Positions 1 through 8,188 of a stretch of 38,744 bases of DNA are shown piece after piece. The notes under the pieces are model-generated. The model saw only the letters and a program-made list of their open reading frames with translations. It was not told the DNA's origin and made no database searches. Position numbers and translations under genes: made by a program. This DNA is from an uncultured Myxococcota bacterium (lineage in GTDB: Bacteria > Myxococcota_A > UBA796): assembly GCA_965661985.1 (NCBI GenBank), contig CBFIFY010000041.1, forward strand, positions 1 to 38,744. Direction: 5' to 3'. Position 1 is the first letter of the stretch. Every line of letters starts with the position of its first letter.

Positions 1-40
1 TCCGAACTTTGATAAACAAGGAAAGTCTTGTCACTGCAGA

Positions 41-78
41 CCGCACATCAACTTTTAGACCGCACATCAACTTTTAGA
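41..78. repeat. Perfect tandem duplication of a 19-bp unit (ccgcacatcaacttttaga x2) immediately 3' of the 800-aa gene
   Basis: Read directly. Positions 41-59 and 60-78 are identical. No palindrome and no further copies in 1-38. Confidence 0.8.
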
Positions 79-79
79 A

Positions 80-2464
80 TTAGCGGATATAGATGTTTAA
101 CCCCAAACTGTTGCTCCATGGCAAAGCGTTGTTGGGGGTTCCTTGAATAAAAGAACTTCCGTTTGGATCATCCAAAGGACACCCACCATTGTTTGAGCGA
201 GACCAAGTTGGACCCGTCGCATTTCCGGCATACTGGGCACTGGGATTGCAGTTGCCGTTGCCATCTCGATCAATTGGATGCATGTACAGATTGGTGCTGC
301 ACAAGCTTCCTCCACCGAAATTTCCTTGAGTCATGGTCCATGAATATCCACTCTGGGGTGCGCAATTGTACCTCGGTATCGATGCTGACCATTCAAAATA
401 GGTCATGCTTCCGTCACTGACCCCTTCATAAACGGCATACATGATGGAATCGGTGAACAATAAATCTGTGAACACCAATTCGGTGAATGCAAGCCCAGAT
501 TTGTAATCTTCGCCATTTAAAGTACCAAACCCAACGCCATCTCGAATGTTGCTGGTGTTCCACAAACTTGTGTTTGGGTCGTTGGTCGCAATGCGTGTCC
601 ATCCCCCGCCATACTGCTGTTGTTCACACCAAACTTCTTCTGCATCCACACCAGTGTTGTGTCCGTCGGGATCAACAGTGTAGACGGCAGACGTCGTATA
701 CCCTTGTTGTAAGATGTCTAAACAGTCGGTCCCCAGTGGACAGACCCCCTGTGCATTGGGAAAGATACTGCCATCAGAATCATCGCAATCACTTCCACCA
801 CACGAATAAGCGGAGAAACCGTCCAAGTCACCATCGTTGTCCACTACACCGTCGCAGTTTTGATCAATGTCCACACAGCCTTCTGTCGCACCAGGAAAAT
901 AACTCGGGTTGGTTTCGTCACAGTCACCACCAGTTGCCACGTAGCCATTGGCCGGACTGCTACACGCTTCTAAAATGAAATCGTCACTGCCGAATCCATC
1001 GCCGTCAAAATCCAAATACCAATCCAACAAAACGCCTTCATCTGTTTGACCATCGCAATTGTTGTCGATGTTGTCGCAGACTTCTATTGCGTTGTTGTAT
1101 GCTTCGGCCGCGAAATCATTGCAATCTTGATCGTTGTTCACAAAGGACTCCGGAGCCGTACACGCTTCTACAGTGTTGCTTGAAACCCCAAATCCATCGC
1201 CGTCGTTGTCATAATAGAATGTAATCAGCACCCCTTCGTCAACTTGCCCATCACAATTGTTGTCCACCTCGTCACAAACTTCGATACCATCAGGAGACAC
1301 GCTTGCATCGAGGTCATTGCAGTCTCCATTTTGGGCGATGAATGACGGTGGAGAACTACAGGACATCACAGCGGTTGTATCCAAGCCATAGCCATCCCCA
1401 TCCGCATCCAAGTACCAAGTAGGCAATCCTTGTACCAATGGGTCCTGATCATCCATTAGACCGTTGCAATCATTGTCCGCACCGTCACACACTTCTGTAG
1501 CATTTGGAAATGCCTGAGCGTTGGTGTCATCACAATCACTCATGTCAGAGACATATCCAGATGGTTGAGTGCAGGTCAGCAAAGTATTTTGAGAATCTCC
1601 ATAGCCATCCCCATCTCCATCCGCATAAAACAACGTTCTATCAATGGCATCATCGTCCACCACCGCATCGCAATTGTTGTCAATCCCATCACAAACTTCA
1701 GTACCATTGGGCGAGACATTCAAATCGTTGTCGTCACAATCCCCACCGACCGTTACGTAACCGGGCAGTTCCAAACAAGTTTCCACCGCTGACTCTTCAA
1801 CACCAAATCCGTCGCCATCGTTGTCCTGATACCAAATCTGCAAATTTGCATCGTCCGCGACCAAATCGCAATTGTTGTCAATCCCATCACAAAGTTCTTC
1901 GGCATCGGGATGCGTCAATGGGTCTCCGTCATCGCAATCGCTATTGTCCGTGGTATACCCCTCGACCATTTCACACAGCAATGTGTTGGATTCCGGATCT
2001 CCATAGCCATCCCCATCCGCATCAACAAAAAACTGTTCTCCAACGCCTTCATCAATCTCGTCATTACAGTTGTTGTCTATACCGTCGCATATTTCGTTGT
2101 TTCCGACGAATACATTTGGATTATCATCATCACAGTCGGAAGCGGAGGGCACGTACCCATCTGGTCGACTGCAAAACTCTGCACTGAGTTCAACATTCCC
2201 AAACCCATCCCCATCTTCATCTTGATAAAAGGTTGTCAGTACACCTTCGTCGATTTCGCCGTTGCAATTGTTGTCTATGCCGTCACAGATTTCTTCCACA
2301 CCAGCGTGGATTTGTGCATTTTGATCGTCACAGTCTTCATCCCCAAAATAGCCATCTCCATCGGCATCTTCCAAAGTGACAACATCTTCGACAGGTTTAT
2401 TGTCTGCAACAATGGTGTTGGAGCGACAGGCACTGGCCGCCATAAAAAATACAATTGCTCTCAT
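80..2464 (-). CDS. Secreted (SPI site ASA|C or lipoprotein) multi-repeat protein. It has 8 MopE-like putative metal-binding repeats (DGDGYG...DCDDxD...CDGIDNNCDGxxDEG) plus a C-terminal fibrinogen-related domain
   Basis: Repeat motif CDGIDNNC(D/N)GxxDE occurs 8 times. The C-terminus reads C.DI..G...S.VYTVDPDG...VWCEQQQYGGGWTRI, which matches the FReD core (C.DI..G...SG.Y.I.P.G...VYCDM.TDGGGWTVI). The 2482 start is a TTG in the ORF track. ATG at 2464 has SD GAGAGG at -6. Confidence 0.75.
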   Translation of the reverse strand: MRAIVFFMAASACRSNTIVADNKPVEDVVTLEDADGDGYFGDEDCDDQNAQIHAGVEEICDGIDNNCNGEIDEGVLTTFYQDEDGDGFGNVELSAEFCSRPDGYVPSASDCDDDNPNVFVGNNEICDGIDNNCNDEIDEGVGEQFFVDADGDGYGDPESNTLLCEMVEGYTTDNSDCDDGDPLTHPDAEELCDGIDNNCDLVADDANLQIWYQDNDGDGFGVEESAVETCLELPGYVTVGGDCDDNDLNVSPNGTEVCDGIDNNCDAVVDDDAIDRTLFYADGDGDGYGDSQNTLLTCTQPSGYVSDMSDCDDTNAQAFPNATEVCDGADNDCNGLMDDQDPLVQGLPTWYLDADGDGYGLDTTAVMSCSSPPSFIAQNGDCNDLDASVSPDGIEVCDEVDNNCDGQVDEGVLITFYYDNDGDGFGVSSNTVEACTAPESFVNNDQDCNDFAAEAYNNAIEVCDNIDNNCDGQTDEGVLLDWYLDFDGDGFGSDDFILEACSSPANGYVATGGDCDETNPSYFPGATEGCVDIDQNCDGVVDNDGDLDGFSAYSCGGSDCDDSDGSIFPNAQGVCPLGTDCLDILQQGYTTSAVYTVDPDGHNTGVDAEEVWCEQQQYGGGWTRIATNDPNTSLWNTSNIRDGVGFGTLNGEDYKSGLAFTELVFTDLLFTDSIMYAVYEGVSDGSMTYFEWSASIPRYNCAPQSGYSWTMTQGNFGGGSLCSTNLYMHPIDRDGNGNCNPSAQYAGNATGPTWSRSNNGGCPLDDPNGSSFIQGTPNNALPWSNSLGLNIYIR

Positions 2465-2654
2465 TGAAGCCTCTCTTTTCAATATCTTGCATCTATCATA
2501 GCAATGATGTCAATTTTTTCCAACCCACTCAATGTGCTGAAGTAACCAATTTGAAGAGACAGTGATTGACCGTGAGGGTTTGCCGACAATGGGTTATAAC
2601 GATACTGTCTTATGGTTTATTGAACTACAATCCCACATCCGTCTCGGAGTATAC

Positions 2655-4031
2655 ATGCTAAATATATTATTGGGTCTAAGCACGATGGTATGGGCTGAAG
2701 AAGCATCTCAAGAAAAGGCTTCAACAGACGGTCCCACCCTTGAAATCCCTTTCGAAAAATATGAACTGGACAACGGTCTGGATGTCATTTTGAGTGAAGA
2801 TCATTCAGTACCTTTCGTGCAGGTGAACCTCTGGTATGATGTTGGTTCAAAAGATGAAGTCGAGGGCAAAACAGGATTTGCACATCTGTTTGAACATTTG
2901 ATGTTCCAAGGGTCTGCCAACCATGACACCGAGTATTTTGCGCCATTGCAACCGATTGGGGCACAGGTAAACGGAACAACAAATTTTGATAGAACCAATT
3001 ATTTTGAAGGCGTCCCCAGTGAATACTTGCCCTTGGCTTTGTGGCTAGAGAGCGATCGAATGGGCTACTTGTTGCCAGCACTGAGCGATGAAAAACTCGC
3101 CAATCAACAAGATGTTGTCCGAAATGAACGTCGACAACGCTATGAAATTCGTCCCTACGGAATGGTATGGGTATGGCTGTTCGAAAACTTGTATCCTGAG
3201 GGGCATCCGTACAACATTCCAACCATCGGCAAGCACGAAGACATCGAAAATGCCAACATGGACGATGTCAAAGCCTTTTTCAAAAAGTGGTACGTACCCA
3301 ACAACGCGTCACTTGTTATTTGTGGAGACTTTGAACCCGCACAAGCAAAGGAACTCGTCGAACAATACTTCGGAGAGATTCCCCGTGGTGAAGATGTTGC
3401 CTCCTTACGTGACATCGAGCCTGCGGTTCTCGCTGAAGAGAAAGTCGTGTACAAAGAAGATCCTCGCGCACCACAGTCAAAAGTTTTTGTGGCTTGGCTC
3501 ACCCCCAAGATGATGGGTGAAGGCGATGCGGATTTGGACGTGTTCTCATCCATTTTTGCTGAAGGAACCGACAGTCCTTTGGTACAGTCTTTGGTCTATG
3601 ATAAGCAAGTCGCTCAAGATGTCGATGCCTTTCAATACAGTGCGCGTCTTCAAGGACAATACATCATCTCCGCAACTGTAGCCGATGGACACACCACCGA
3701 AGAAGTGGTTGCCGCAATCGACGAGGCACTTGCCGAAATCAAAAAAACAGGCGTCACGGCTGAACAGGTAGATATCTCGAAACTCAACTGGGAAAAACGA
3801 TTCTATCAAGGCCTTCAAACCATCAACCGCAAAGCCGATATGCTCAACAATTACAACACCAACATGGGTGATCCGGGATTTGTTCAGAAAGATTTGGATC
3901 GCTACTTGGCGGTCACTCCAGAGAGTATTGCAAGCGCAATCGACAAAAACCTACACCTTGATAAACGGGTTGTATTGCATATTACACCGCCTGCTCCTGA
4001 AGCAGAAGACACCACAACAGAGGGAGAATAA
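2655..4031 (+). CDS. M16 family zinc peptidase (insulinase/PqqL-like), active subunit with signal peptide
   Basis: HLFEHLMFQG inverzincin HxxEH motif. Signal peptide MLNILLGLSTMVWA. ATG 2655 is preceded by GGAG. The ORF-track GTG 2562 start was rejected. Confidence 0.85.
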   Translation: MLNILLGLSTMVWAEEASQEKASTDGPTLEIPFEKYELDNGLDVILSEDHSVPFVQVNLWYDVGSKDEVEGKTGFAHLFEHLMFQGSANHDTEYFAPLQPIGAQVNGTTNFDRTNYFEGVPSEYLPLALWLESDRMGYLLPALSDEKLANQQDVVRNERRQRYEIRPYGMVWVWLFENLYPEGHPYNIPTIGKHEDIENANMDDVKAFFKKWYVPNNASLVICGDFEPAQAKELVEQYFGEIPRGEDVASLRDIEPAVLAEEKVVYKEDPRAPQSKVFVAWLTPKMMGEGDADLDVFSSIFAEGTDSPLVQSLVYDKQVAQDVDAFQYSARLQGQYIISATVADGHTTEEVVAAIDEALAEIKKTGVTAEQVDISKLNWEKRFYQGLQTINRKADMLNNYNTNMGDPGFVQKDLDRYLAVTPESIASAIDKNLHLDKRVVLHITPPAPEAEDTTTEGE

Positions 4032-4033
4032 CC

Positions 4034-5500
4034 ATGATGACCCAACTATTTTTGCTCAATGCCTTCATGGCCTGTGGTCCAAAAGATGCTCCTGTTGAGA
4101 CTGCTGTACCTGAGGCGACACCCACTCGTGTAAACGCTGAAAAACCCGCACCGCTAAAAGCCCCCACGTTCACCTTGCCTGAATTGGAGCAAGGCAAACT
4201 GTCCAACGGCATTCCTGTACTGGTTTCAAACAACAGTGAAACACCGTTGGTGACTGTACAAATTGTCTTCAATGCTGGAGAATGGAACACAGACAATCCA
4301 CAGTTGGCAAACGCGGCTATGGATATGCTGACCGAAGGTGCAGGCGACTATGATGCTGCAGGTCTCAGTGCTGAACAAAGACGATTGGCAGCCAGTTTGG
4401 GTTCCTATGCAGGCTTGGATGGCAGTGTCATTTCATTGTCTTCACTCGAGAAGAACTTGGATGAAAGTCTTGGATTGCTGGACTTAATTGCCTCCAACCC
4501 AACATTCCCCACAAAGGAATGGGAAATTCTACAACGCCAATACCGCCAACAACTTCAAGCCCAACAACAGGACCCCAACGCCATTGCGGACAACCTGTTC
4601 AAAAGTTTGATGTACAAAGGTGAATATGCTGGACGTTCCACCACGCTCGAAGACATCGACGCCATTACTCAGAAAGACATGATGGCATGGTACAAAACGA
4701 ACATTCATGCAAGCAATGCCACCATTTATGTTGGCGGAGACACCACTCTAGACGAAGTGCTCCCCCTATTGGAAGCAAGATTTGCTGATTTTCCAACGGC
4801 CGACAATAGCCTTCCGGATTTTCCAAGCGCAGCCAGCATGGCAGAACCCATTCCAACAACCGTCCATTTGGTTGATTCCCCGGGGGCAAGCCAATCTGTC
4901 ATCTATGCAGGACAATTTGTGAGCGAACGCACTGACGATTCTGCCGATGAACTCTACTTGGCAAACTTAGCGGTTGGTGGATTGTTCATTGCACGCATCA
5001 ACATGAACTTGCGTGAAGACAAAGGATGGACATACGGCGCCCGTTCTGGCATTTCGTACAATCATTTGCCTGGGTTGTTCAAGGTTCGCACATCTGTGGT
5101 GGCTGAACACACAGCGGATTCACTGTCTGAAATCTTAAAGGAACTTCGAGACTCTCAAGGAGACAGACCCATTCTCCAAGAAGAGTTGGATGCCGCCCGT
5201 GGGTATATCTTGGGTACAGACCCCATTCGCTACGAAAGCCCATCTTACCTGCTCTCACAAATGATTCAAGTCGGTCGTTACAACCTACCTACTGACTGGT
5301 ACAGCACGTACAACGACAAACTTCGTGGAGCGTCGTTGGAAACAGTACAAGAAGTATGGAATGGCACCGTAGATCCGAATCAACTCACTGTTGTCGTTGT
5401 TGGGGATGCGGCTTCTCTTAAAGCGCCACTACTCGAACTGGGTCTGCCAGTTGTAGAAATGGACGCACAAGGCACAGTAATCAACAACACAAATCAGTAA
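4034..5500 (+). CDS. M16 family peptidase, non-catalytic partner subunit (HxxEH lost), lipoprotein/signal peptide
   Basis: M16 fold-like N-terminal region with AMDMLTEG replacing the HxxEH motif. Conserved M16 C-terminal region. Start overlaps the stop of the upstream M16 gene (TAACCATGATG) and follows SD AGGGAGA. Confidence 0.8.
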   Translation: MMTQLFLLNAFMACGPKDAPVETAVPEATPTRVNAEKPAPLKAPTFTLPELEQGKLSNGIPVLVSNNSETPLVTVQIVFNAGEWNTDNPQLANAAMDMLTEGAGDYDAAGLSAEQRRLAASLGSYAGLDGSVISLSSLEKNLDESLGLLDLIASNPTFPTKEWEILQRQYRQQLQAQQQDPNAIADNLFKSLMYKGEYAGRSTTLEDIDAITQKDMMAWYKTNIHASNATIYVGGDTTLDEVLPLLEARFADFPTADNSLPDFPSAASMAEPIPTTVHLVDSPGASQSVIYAGQFVSERTDDSADELYLANLAVGGLFIARINMNLREDKGWTYGARSGISYNHLPGLFKVRTSVVAEHTADSLSEILKELRDSQGDRPILQEELDAARGYILGTDPIRYESPSYLLSQMIQVGRYNLPTDWYSTYNDKLRGASLETVQEVWNGTVDPNQLTVVVVGDAASLKAPLLELGLPVVEMDAQGTVINNTNQ

Positions 5501-5514
5501 CCGTAGGATTTCTC

Positions 5515-6432
5515 ATGACGATTGAAAGCAAATATGTATGGATGGATGGCAAAATGGTGCCGTTTGAGGACGCCAATGTTCACATGCTCTCTCACACCCT
5601 CCATTACGGACTTGGAGCCTTTGAAGGAATTCGCTCTTACCGACAGCACAACGGTGGTGGTGGAATATTCAAACTTGATGAGCACCTTCATCGATTGTTT
5701 GATTCCGCCAAAATGTGTCGTATGAAGATGCCCTTCGACTTTGAAACCGTTCGCCAAGCCTGTATCGACACCCTAAAAGCCAATGAGTTCGAAGAAGCCT
5801 ACATTCGACCAATTGTGTTCTTGGGTCACGGTGCGATGGGTCTGGGAACGCGACACAACCCAGTTCGAGTTGCCATTGCCACTTGGAAATGGGGCGCTTA
5901 TCTCGGTGATGAAGGTATTCAACAAGGTATTCGAGTGGGAACATCTTCGTACACGCGTCACCACATCAACGCCAACCTTCAAAGAGCCAAGATCATTGGT
6001 CATTATGTTAACTCTATTTTGGCGAGGTATGAAGCCAACGACAATGGCTACGACGAAGCGATTATGCTTGACCACAGTGGCTATGTGGCAGAAGGAACAG
6101 GTGAAAACCTCTTCGTCATCAAAGATGGATTGGTCAAAACACCCCCTGTGGTCAATATTTTGGCTGGTATCACGCGCAAGACCTCACTGGAGATTTTGAA
6201 GCATGAGGGCATTGACTGCGTCGAAATGCCATTTGGTAGAGATGCGATGTATGTTGCTGATGAGGTGTTCATGACCGGAACTGCCGCTGAAATCACACCG
6301 GTCCGTGAGTGTGACAGATTGCCGATTGGGGATGGTATACCGGGCAAGATCACTCGAATGGTGCAGGACATCTACTCTCGAGGAGTCCGCGGAGAAGTCC
6401 CATGGATGACCCAACACATCACCCGATACTAA
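5515..6432 (+). CDS. ilvE: Branched-chain amino acid aminotransferase (class IV PLP aminotransferase)
   Basis: N-terminus VWMDGKMVPFEDANVHMLSHTLHYGLGAFEGIRSY and a full-length BCAT-like sequence. AGGA SD. Confidence 0.85.
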   Translation: MTIESKYVWMDGKMVPFEDANVHMLSHTLHYGLGAFEGIRSYRQHNGGGGIFKLDEHLHRLFDSAKMCRMKMPFDFETVRQACIDTLKANEFEEAYIRPIVFLGHGAMGLGTRHNPVRVAIATWKWGAYLGDEGIQQGIRVGTSSYTRHHINANLQRAKIIGHYVNSILARYEANDNGYDEAIMLDHSGYVAEGTGENLFVIKDGLVKTPPVVNILAGITRKTSLEILKHEGIDCVEMPFGRDAMYVADEVFMTGTAAEITPVRECDRLPIGDGIPGKITRMVQDIYSRGVRGEVPWMTQHITRY

Positions 6433-6462
6433 AAGCCTCTCAAGCCCCCCTGTCTTCGTCGT

Positions 6463-7143
6463 ATGACACTCTCTAAAGAAGAACTGCAACGTTGTGAACG
6501 GTGCGCCCTACGAGGCGCATCCTGCGTTTGTGCAGACCTAAGTGTAGTGAACAATGCCATGTCGATCACTGTCATTCGACATCGCAAAGAAGTCGGGCGT
6601 GGCTCAAACTCCGCCAGAATCCTAGAAGCCTCATTGAGCAACATTACCGTACTGGAGCATGGTGCTCGATTTCAAGGACCAACTGTCTTGTCACCGGAAT
6701 TACTCGACGAAGCAGTGCTTGTCTTTCCACTGTTTTATGATCCAGATCCATTACATCCCCCCATTGCCTTTGATCACACAACCACCCCAAAAAATTTAAT
6801 CATTTTGGACGGCTCTTGGAAACAAACATCCAGAATGCTGAAGAAGATTCATGGACTCACACAGCTCCCACGACTGGATATTGCACCGTTGGTGCCACCT
6901 TTGCCGCGCATTCGAAAGCCCTATTTCAAAGACGGTATGTGCACGATGGAAGCAGCAATCTCAGCTCTCAAACCCTTTTTCCCCACTTCGGATATTGAAA
7001 CCCTGATTGGCAATTACCTTGTGTGGATTGACCAAGTGCGAAAAAACAGTGGGATTCATGCGCCTCTCAAAGCGGGACAATGCTTTAAGGAAGCCCGTAT
7101 TGAACAAGAACGCGCTACCACCCCAAAACGAGAGCAAAAATAA
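6463..7143 (+). CDS. DTW domain protein (tRNA-uridine aminocarboxypropyltransferase TapT/YfiP-like)
   Basis: N-terminal CxxC...CxC cluster (CERCALRGASCVC). DGSWKQ approximates the DTW motif. About 225 aa. Confidence 0.7.
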   Translation: MTLSKEELQRCERCALRGASCVCADLSVVNNAMSITVIRHRKEVGRGSNSARILEASLSNITVLEHGARFQGPTVLSPELLDEAVLVFPLFYDPDPLHPPIAFDHTTTPKNLIILDGSWKQTSRMLKKIHGLTQLPRLDIAPLVPPLPRIRKPYFKDGMCTMEAAISALKPFFPTSDIETLIGNYLVWIDQVRKNSGIHAPLKAGQCFKEARIEQERATTPKREQK

Positions 7144-8110
7144 GTGGTGCAACAATCGTCGCATCAGACTCCACGACAAACTTGGGTGTATCCACATCCA
7201 GTTTGCCCCAAGTAATCTTTTCATTCGGAACAGCACCAGAATAAGATCCATATGACGTTGTAGAATCCGATATTTGACAGAAATACCCCCAAAATGGAAT
7301 CGAGGTCAGTTCCATATCTTGGTACAACATCGGAACCACACAAATTGGAAAATCTCCAGCAATCCCCCCTCCAATTTGAAAGAATCCCACACTTGGAGCA
7401 TCTACAGCATCGGAATGCTTCGCACTTTGTCGATACCAATCGGCCAACCAGACCATGTACTCAATCCCCGATTTCATCGTGTGGGCTGACACTTCCCCTT
7501 TGATCACCAAACTCGCAAAAATATTTCCCATCGTTGAGTCTTCCCACCCAGGAACCACCATAGGCAAGTTGTTCTCGGCTGCCGTGAGCATCCAAGAGTC
7601 TTTGATATTCACCATCGGATCGAACTCTTTCTGAAACTCTGGGTCCAGTAACAGTTGCATCATAAACTCATGGGGAAAGAACCGTTCTCCATTGGCATCT
7701 GCGCGCTTCCAAATTTTAACAATGTGATGTTGAATTTTGCGAAAGGCTTCTTCTTCGGGAATACATGTATCTGTCACCCTGTTTAACCCCGCATCAAGCA
7801 GGGCGCGTTCATCTGCTGGCGTAAGATCTCGATAATTCGGTACTCTACAATACTGTGAATGAGCGACTAAATTCATGATGTCTTCTTCAAGATTTGCCCC
7901 TGTACAAGAGATGATGTGTACCTTCTCTTGGCGAATCATCTCCGACAAAGAACGTCCCAATTCTGCTGTTGACATTGCACCAGCCAACGTCACCATCATT
8001 TGACCACCCTTCCCTAGGTGTTCCCGATAGGCTTCACCAGCATCAACAACTGTCGCTGCATTAAAATGTTTGAAGTGGTACTTGAGAAAATCAGTAATCG
8101 GTTGAGACAT
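7115..8110 (-). CDS. Deoxyhypusine synthase-like protein (bacterial DHS/homospermidine synthase-like family)
   Basis: MVTLAGAMSTAELG ... HIISCTGANLEEDI motifs typical of the DHS family. Strong SD GGAGG upstream of ATG 8110. 3' end overlaps the convergent DTW gene by 29 nt. Confidence 0.7.
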   Translation of the reverse strand: MSQPITDFLKYHFKHFNAATVVDAGEAYREHLGKGGQMMVTLAGAMSTAELGRSLSEMIRQEKVHIISCTGANLEEDIMNLVAHSQYCRVPNYRDLTPADERALLDAGLNRVTDTCIPEEEAFRKIQHHIVKIWKRADANGERFFPHEFMMQLLLDPEFQKEFDPMVNIKDSWMLTAAENNLPMVVPGWEDSTMGNIFASLVIKGEVSAHTMKSGIEYMVWLADWYRQSAKHSDAVDAPSVGFFQIGGGIAGDFPICVVPMLYQDMELTSIPFWGYFCQISDSTTSYGSYSGAVPNEKITWGKLDVDTPKFVVESDATIVAPLIFALVLGW

Positions 8111-8188
8111 TGAACCTCCAACACTCTACAAAGCAAACAAAAGCCACTCAGATTATCGCAGTGAAGTTCAAAAGAAAAGGCAGAGTCG

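Noticed and set aside
1504-2467. His-rich 227-aa and 185-aa plus-strand ORFs inside the 800-aa gene
   Set aside because: They are antisense to a strongly supported repeat-protein gene. Their composition (H/R/P-rich, Ile-rich) is the mirror image of the Asp/Cys repeat codons. No RBS.
2562-2654. Upstream GTG/TTG/longer starts given by the ORF track (2562 for M16, 2482 for the repeat protein, 14060 for SPFH, 17359 for miaB, 33655 for ribE, 32834 for ribBA, 36943 for ACP, 26817 for FG-GAP, 27368 for Nudix, 11126 for the S/T-rich protein)
   Set aside because: In each case an internal ATG with a clear Shine-Dalgarno sequence, a signal peptide or a family-typical N-terminus, and non-overlap with the neighbouring gene gives a better model.
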